Shown: positions 61,185-64,000 of the stretch, piece by piece
Layout: each line of letters starts with the position of its first letter
Numbering within the stretch: position 1 is the stretch's first letter
Source of the DNA: the human T2T-CHM13v2.0 reference genome, Homo sapiens
Strand: one strand, 5' to 3'
Length of the DNA stretch: 64,000 nt
Assembly: GCF_009914755.1 (NCBI RefSeq)
Contig: NC_060934.1
Made by a program: the position numbers and the translations under genes
The notes under the pieces: generated by a model
The model's input: the letters and a program-made list of their open reading frames with translations, nothing else
Databases searched by the model: none
What the model was told of the DNA's origin: nothing

Positions 61185-61450
61185 GTAATGAAACATCCAG
61201 AATGGGTAAATCCATACATAGAAACAGAATGCAGGCTAGTGGTTATCAAGGGCAGGGGACTGGGGAGGGTGAAATGGGGAGTGACTTTTAATGGGTATGG
61301 GTTTTATTTTGGGGTGACGAAAAGTCCTATAACAGAGGTGATAGCCACACACGTTGTAAATATATTAAATGCCACTGAATTGTACCCTTTAAAATGGTTA
61401 CTGGTTAATTTTATGTTACATAAGTTTTATCTGAATAAAAATAAAATTTT
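61185..61450 (+). mobile_element. L1MB-like 3' end
   Basis: AATGCCACTGAATTGTACCCTTTAAAATGG...AATAAA. Confidence 0.75.
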
Positions 61451-62393
61451 TAAAGAGTCAATGGATATAAAAAGAATTAAACATTCATGTTTTTTAAAAA
61501 GGCCTTAGAATAGTAATATTCAATGAAAAAAATAAGCAACTTGTCCATTAATACTTCAAATCATTAAATTTTAAAATGTCTTTTTCTCTAAATTGATTAA
61601 TGCATATTAATACCATAAGTGGACATACAATATCAAAGCTCAAGTTTCTGAAATGCATATTCTAAAACTTTACTCAGTATTCAGTAATTGGGAATTTTAA
61701 AATGCATATTCTCATAGGTACATTGGGACATATAATGAATAGCTTCTTAGATCAGCCCACAAAAACCTATTTAATCCATATTATAGTCAAATTGTAGACA
61801 AATATATTATTGACTTTTAAAAAATGTATATACTGCCTATTTCAAGCAGATTTAAAGGGACTACAAAAAGTAACAATCATTTAAAAATTAGAAAAGAAAA
61901 AGTTAACATGTTTAAAATTTATATTAAGGGACGAAATTTTAAATCTGGTGTGATTAAAGGAGATAGATGAGCAATCTGCAGGGATTTTTAAGGTGACATT
62001 AAGGAACTAAAAATGATGATGGTATCATTTCCACTTCTAAATTTGCAGCTTCCTTCTTTCTTATCACTAAGCCTTTATACCAATCAGATTTTAACTCGCA
62101 AAGAAAGAGGGAAATATCTCCCTGTAGTAACTGGGTACGAGTGAGAAAGAGACGCAAGAATACCAGAAGCCATGCAAGCGCAGAGGAGGAACCAGAGGGC
62201 AGAGGGAGTGAAGAGATGTCACAGAGGGCAGAAACCTCCATGGGAGGGCACAACAGCATGGATGGAGCATTCAGGAAAAAAGGAATGCCGTCTGGTGATG
62301 GAAAAACAGAACCACCTCTGGTAGAATTAACATGGCGGTTTGTTTTTTTCACCTAAAGGTAAAAAAAGATTGAAACAGAAGAAACATTGGCGA

Positions 62394-62427
62394 GGCAGTT
62401 CCCTGTGATGGCCATCAGAGGGTACTG
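62394..62427 (+). promoter_or_regulatory. Candidate CTCF site with upstream motif
   Basis: GGCAGTTCCC-N5-TGGCCATCAGAGGGTACTG resembles the upstream module plus core TGGCCACCAGRGGGCRCT. Confidence 0.6.
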
Positions 62428-63804
62428 TGAGTCCGGCATGGTCTAGCTGCTGTCAAACTTCAGAAAATGGATAAATGGGTGGTGAAATAATTTGAAAACA
62501 GTCCTTGTAACTGCATGTGCAACATTTAAAAACTTTGCTTCTAGGATTACTTAGGAATTCTCTTTTAACAAAATGAAAATAATGTATAAAAGATCTTTGT
62601 GGGAACTGTGCATTACCTACATTTAAAATAGTTTTAAAGGGTTTCCTACTTTTCTAGATGGACAGATTAAGAGTACTGTAGTAACAGTGCCTTAGATTCG
62701 TATGGCAATTCTTGCCAAAACCACCAAAATAATGTTCACTTTTATCGTTATGTAATGTTTATGTACCCAGTACTGTGCAAATAATGCAAAAGATAAGTAG
62801 ATGCATGTAGTCTCTATCTGTCCTCTATTTAAACTTCTTTTAGGAATTTAAAACCTGGTAGGGAGACTAGAAGTACATATAATAACTTGCACTTATTCAA
62901 TGCAATTAGTGACTTGAGAGTTCAGATAAAGAAGAGAACATTATTCTGCTACGTTAGTCTGACAAAGCTTTCTGGAAGGGTCCATCTTGATGGAGGTATA
63001 GGATTTAACTATGTATAGAAAAAGCAAGGCCCACTCTAGGCAGGGGTACTGCCTAAGCCAACATCAGAAGGAAATGTGTACAACCCCTGATTAGTGCCAA
63101 AAAGACCAGATTGCACTAGGGAATGGAGAAAGAGTTAGAAAAATGAAACAGTATCTGTGAAAATCTTTACCTCTGGGAAATCTGAAGTATCCTAATAAAT
63201 AACAGTGTATCATAATTTCATAAACTAGAGAAGCCATAATAAAATTTTGTCTTTTAAAAAGCTTTAAGGTTTCATTTATTTATTCAACAAATATTTACTG
63301 AGCAGCTATTATATGGCACTGTGGGAGGTAATGGGGTAACTCTGTTCCTGCTCTAATGAAGCTTTACTCTGTCTGGTGGGGAAGACAGACATTAATAGAG
63401 AGTTGGAGGTTCCTATAAGAAATAAATAATGACAAGTTATTTTATGTAATCGAATAATATATAATCAAATACTATGAAGAGTATTATAGGAAAACTTTGC
63501 CTAACCTAGAGAATTAGAATAAAATTCTCTGAGGAAATAAAAGTTCAAACTAAGCCCTGATGAATGAATAGAAGCTAACCAGGCAAAGATGTCGGGGAGA
63601 ATGTTTCAGCATGCAGAAGAAATGACACACACAAGGACCCTGATCTGAAAGGCAGGCTCCTTTGAGGAACTGAGAGAAGGGTGGTGTGGTAGGACAACAA
63701 GCAAGAAGGGAAAAGGAAATATGAGATGAGGTGGTGGAGGCACTCAGGAGCCAGAGCATGCACAGCCTTGTCATGCTCATTAAGAATTTTAGGGCTTCAT
63801 TCTA

Positions 63805-64000
<196 letters not shown>

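Noticed and set aside
62141-62356. Plus-strand 71-aa ORF antisense to the candidate exon
   Set aside because: It has a GTG start and no plus-strand promoter or splice support; it is best explained as a shadow of the minus-strand block.

Overview
Primate (human-type) genomic DNA, AT-rich and dense in Alu, L1, L2, CR1, MaLR-LTR and DNA-transposon relics. The right half holds the 3' portion of ARHGAP12 (Rho GTPase-activating protein 12; chr10p11 from prior knowledge) on the minus strand. Eleven coding exons between 57215 and 33073 splice at GT-AG sites into one open frame of 384 aa plus stop, encoding the PH and RhoGAP domains. A ~2.2-kb 3' UTR with tandem poly(A) signals follows, and the 5' exons lie beyond base 64000. 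Bases 1-30800 are intergenic and mostly repeats. The best unexplained signals form a possible hidden splicing layer. (i) A phase-matched, stop-free 117-codon candidate exon starts exactly at a strong 3' splice site (62352), next to a CTCF-like site. (ii) A phase-matched in-frame candidate cassette exon (47778 to 47686 or 47656) has a 103-nt AG-free upstream zone and a downstream RBFOX motif, and would insert into a PH-domain loop. (iii) The 78-nt arginine-finger exon carries a CA repeat at its weak acceptor and an internal GTAAGT donor. Several template-switch or fold-back scars are also visible. Repeat subfamily names are from visual recognition and their boundaries are approximate.
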